From contig NC_134028.1 of the NCBI RefSeq assembly GCF_964204645.1, positions 16,685,653 through 16,749,652 of the forward strand: a DNA stretch of 64,000 nucleotides, given 5' to 3'. The notes beneath the pieces are model-generated. The model saw only the letters and a program-made list of their open reading frames with translations. It ran no database searches and was not told the DNA's origin. This document shows, one piece after another, positions 63,760-64,000 of this stretch. The stretch is from Tubulanus polymorphus. Lineage: Eukaryota > Animalia > Nemertea. How positions within the stretch are numbered: the stretch's first letter is position 1; each line of letters starts with the position of its first letter. Made by a program: the position numbers and the translations under genes.

Positions 63760-64000
63760 ACAGATTCAGTGGTTCTTCAACCCACCCACTGCCAGCCATA
63801 TGGGAGGCGTGTGGGAACGTCTACTCCAGTCCGTAAAAAGATGCTTGAAACTGGTTCTACAACAGCCAACAACAGATGAAGTTCTACATACGCTTATGGT
63901 GGAAGTCGAAGCAGTCGTTAACTCACGCCCGCTTGTTTACACTGGAGATGCTGAGATTCCAGAGGCGCTAACTCCGTCACACTTTTTACTCGGCCGAGGA
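63760..64000 (+). mobile_element. integrase fragment of a second BEL/Pao element in the opposite orientation
   Basis: IQWFFNPPTASHMGGVWERLLQSVKRCL...EVEAVVNSRPL...ALTPSHFLLGRG, open to the window end. Confidence 0.88.

Overview
AT-rich, transposon-dense eukaryotic DNA with GT-AG introns; the repeat repertoire suggests an invertebrate metazoan. The main host locus is on the minus strand: a 5-coding-exon METTL23-like methyltransferase (ATG 41810, stop 22834, about 215 aa). Its last intron (22982-23973, 992 nt) is 94% filled by a complete, intronless, same-strand RPF1 ORF (23954-23022, 310 aa). That ORF is in frame with METTL23 exon 4 and separated from it only by one TAA, formed at the splice donor, plus five codons. 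This is the most unusual feature of the window. Bases 1-4263 look like an endogenous virus or Polinton-like segment: compact AT-rich ORFs, a 24-bp minisatellite and three long hairpins. The rest is mostly mobile DNA: decayed MULE, ISL2EU-like (SAP-YqaJ plus DDE), hAT, pogo, BEL/Pao and CR1/L2 elements, Helentron-type non-autonomous elements and many MITEs. METTL23 intron 1 holds a multi-level nest of elements, including a 7-bp-TSD element with two convergent genes, one with a RAG1-N-terminal/ZAD-like zinc domain. There are also two minimal hammerhead-ribozyme motifs. All assignments come from reading the sequence and recalled family motifs; no database searches were run.
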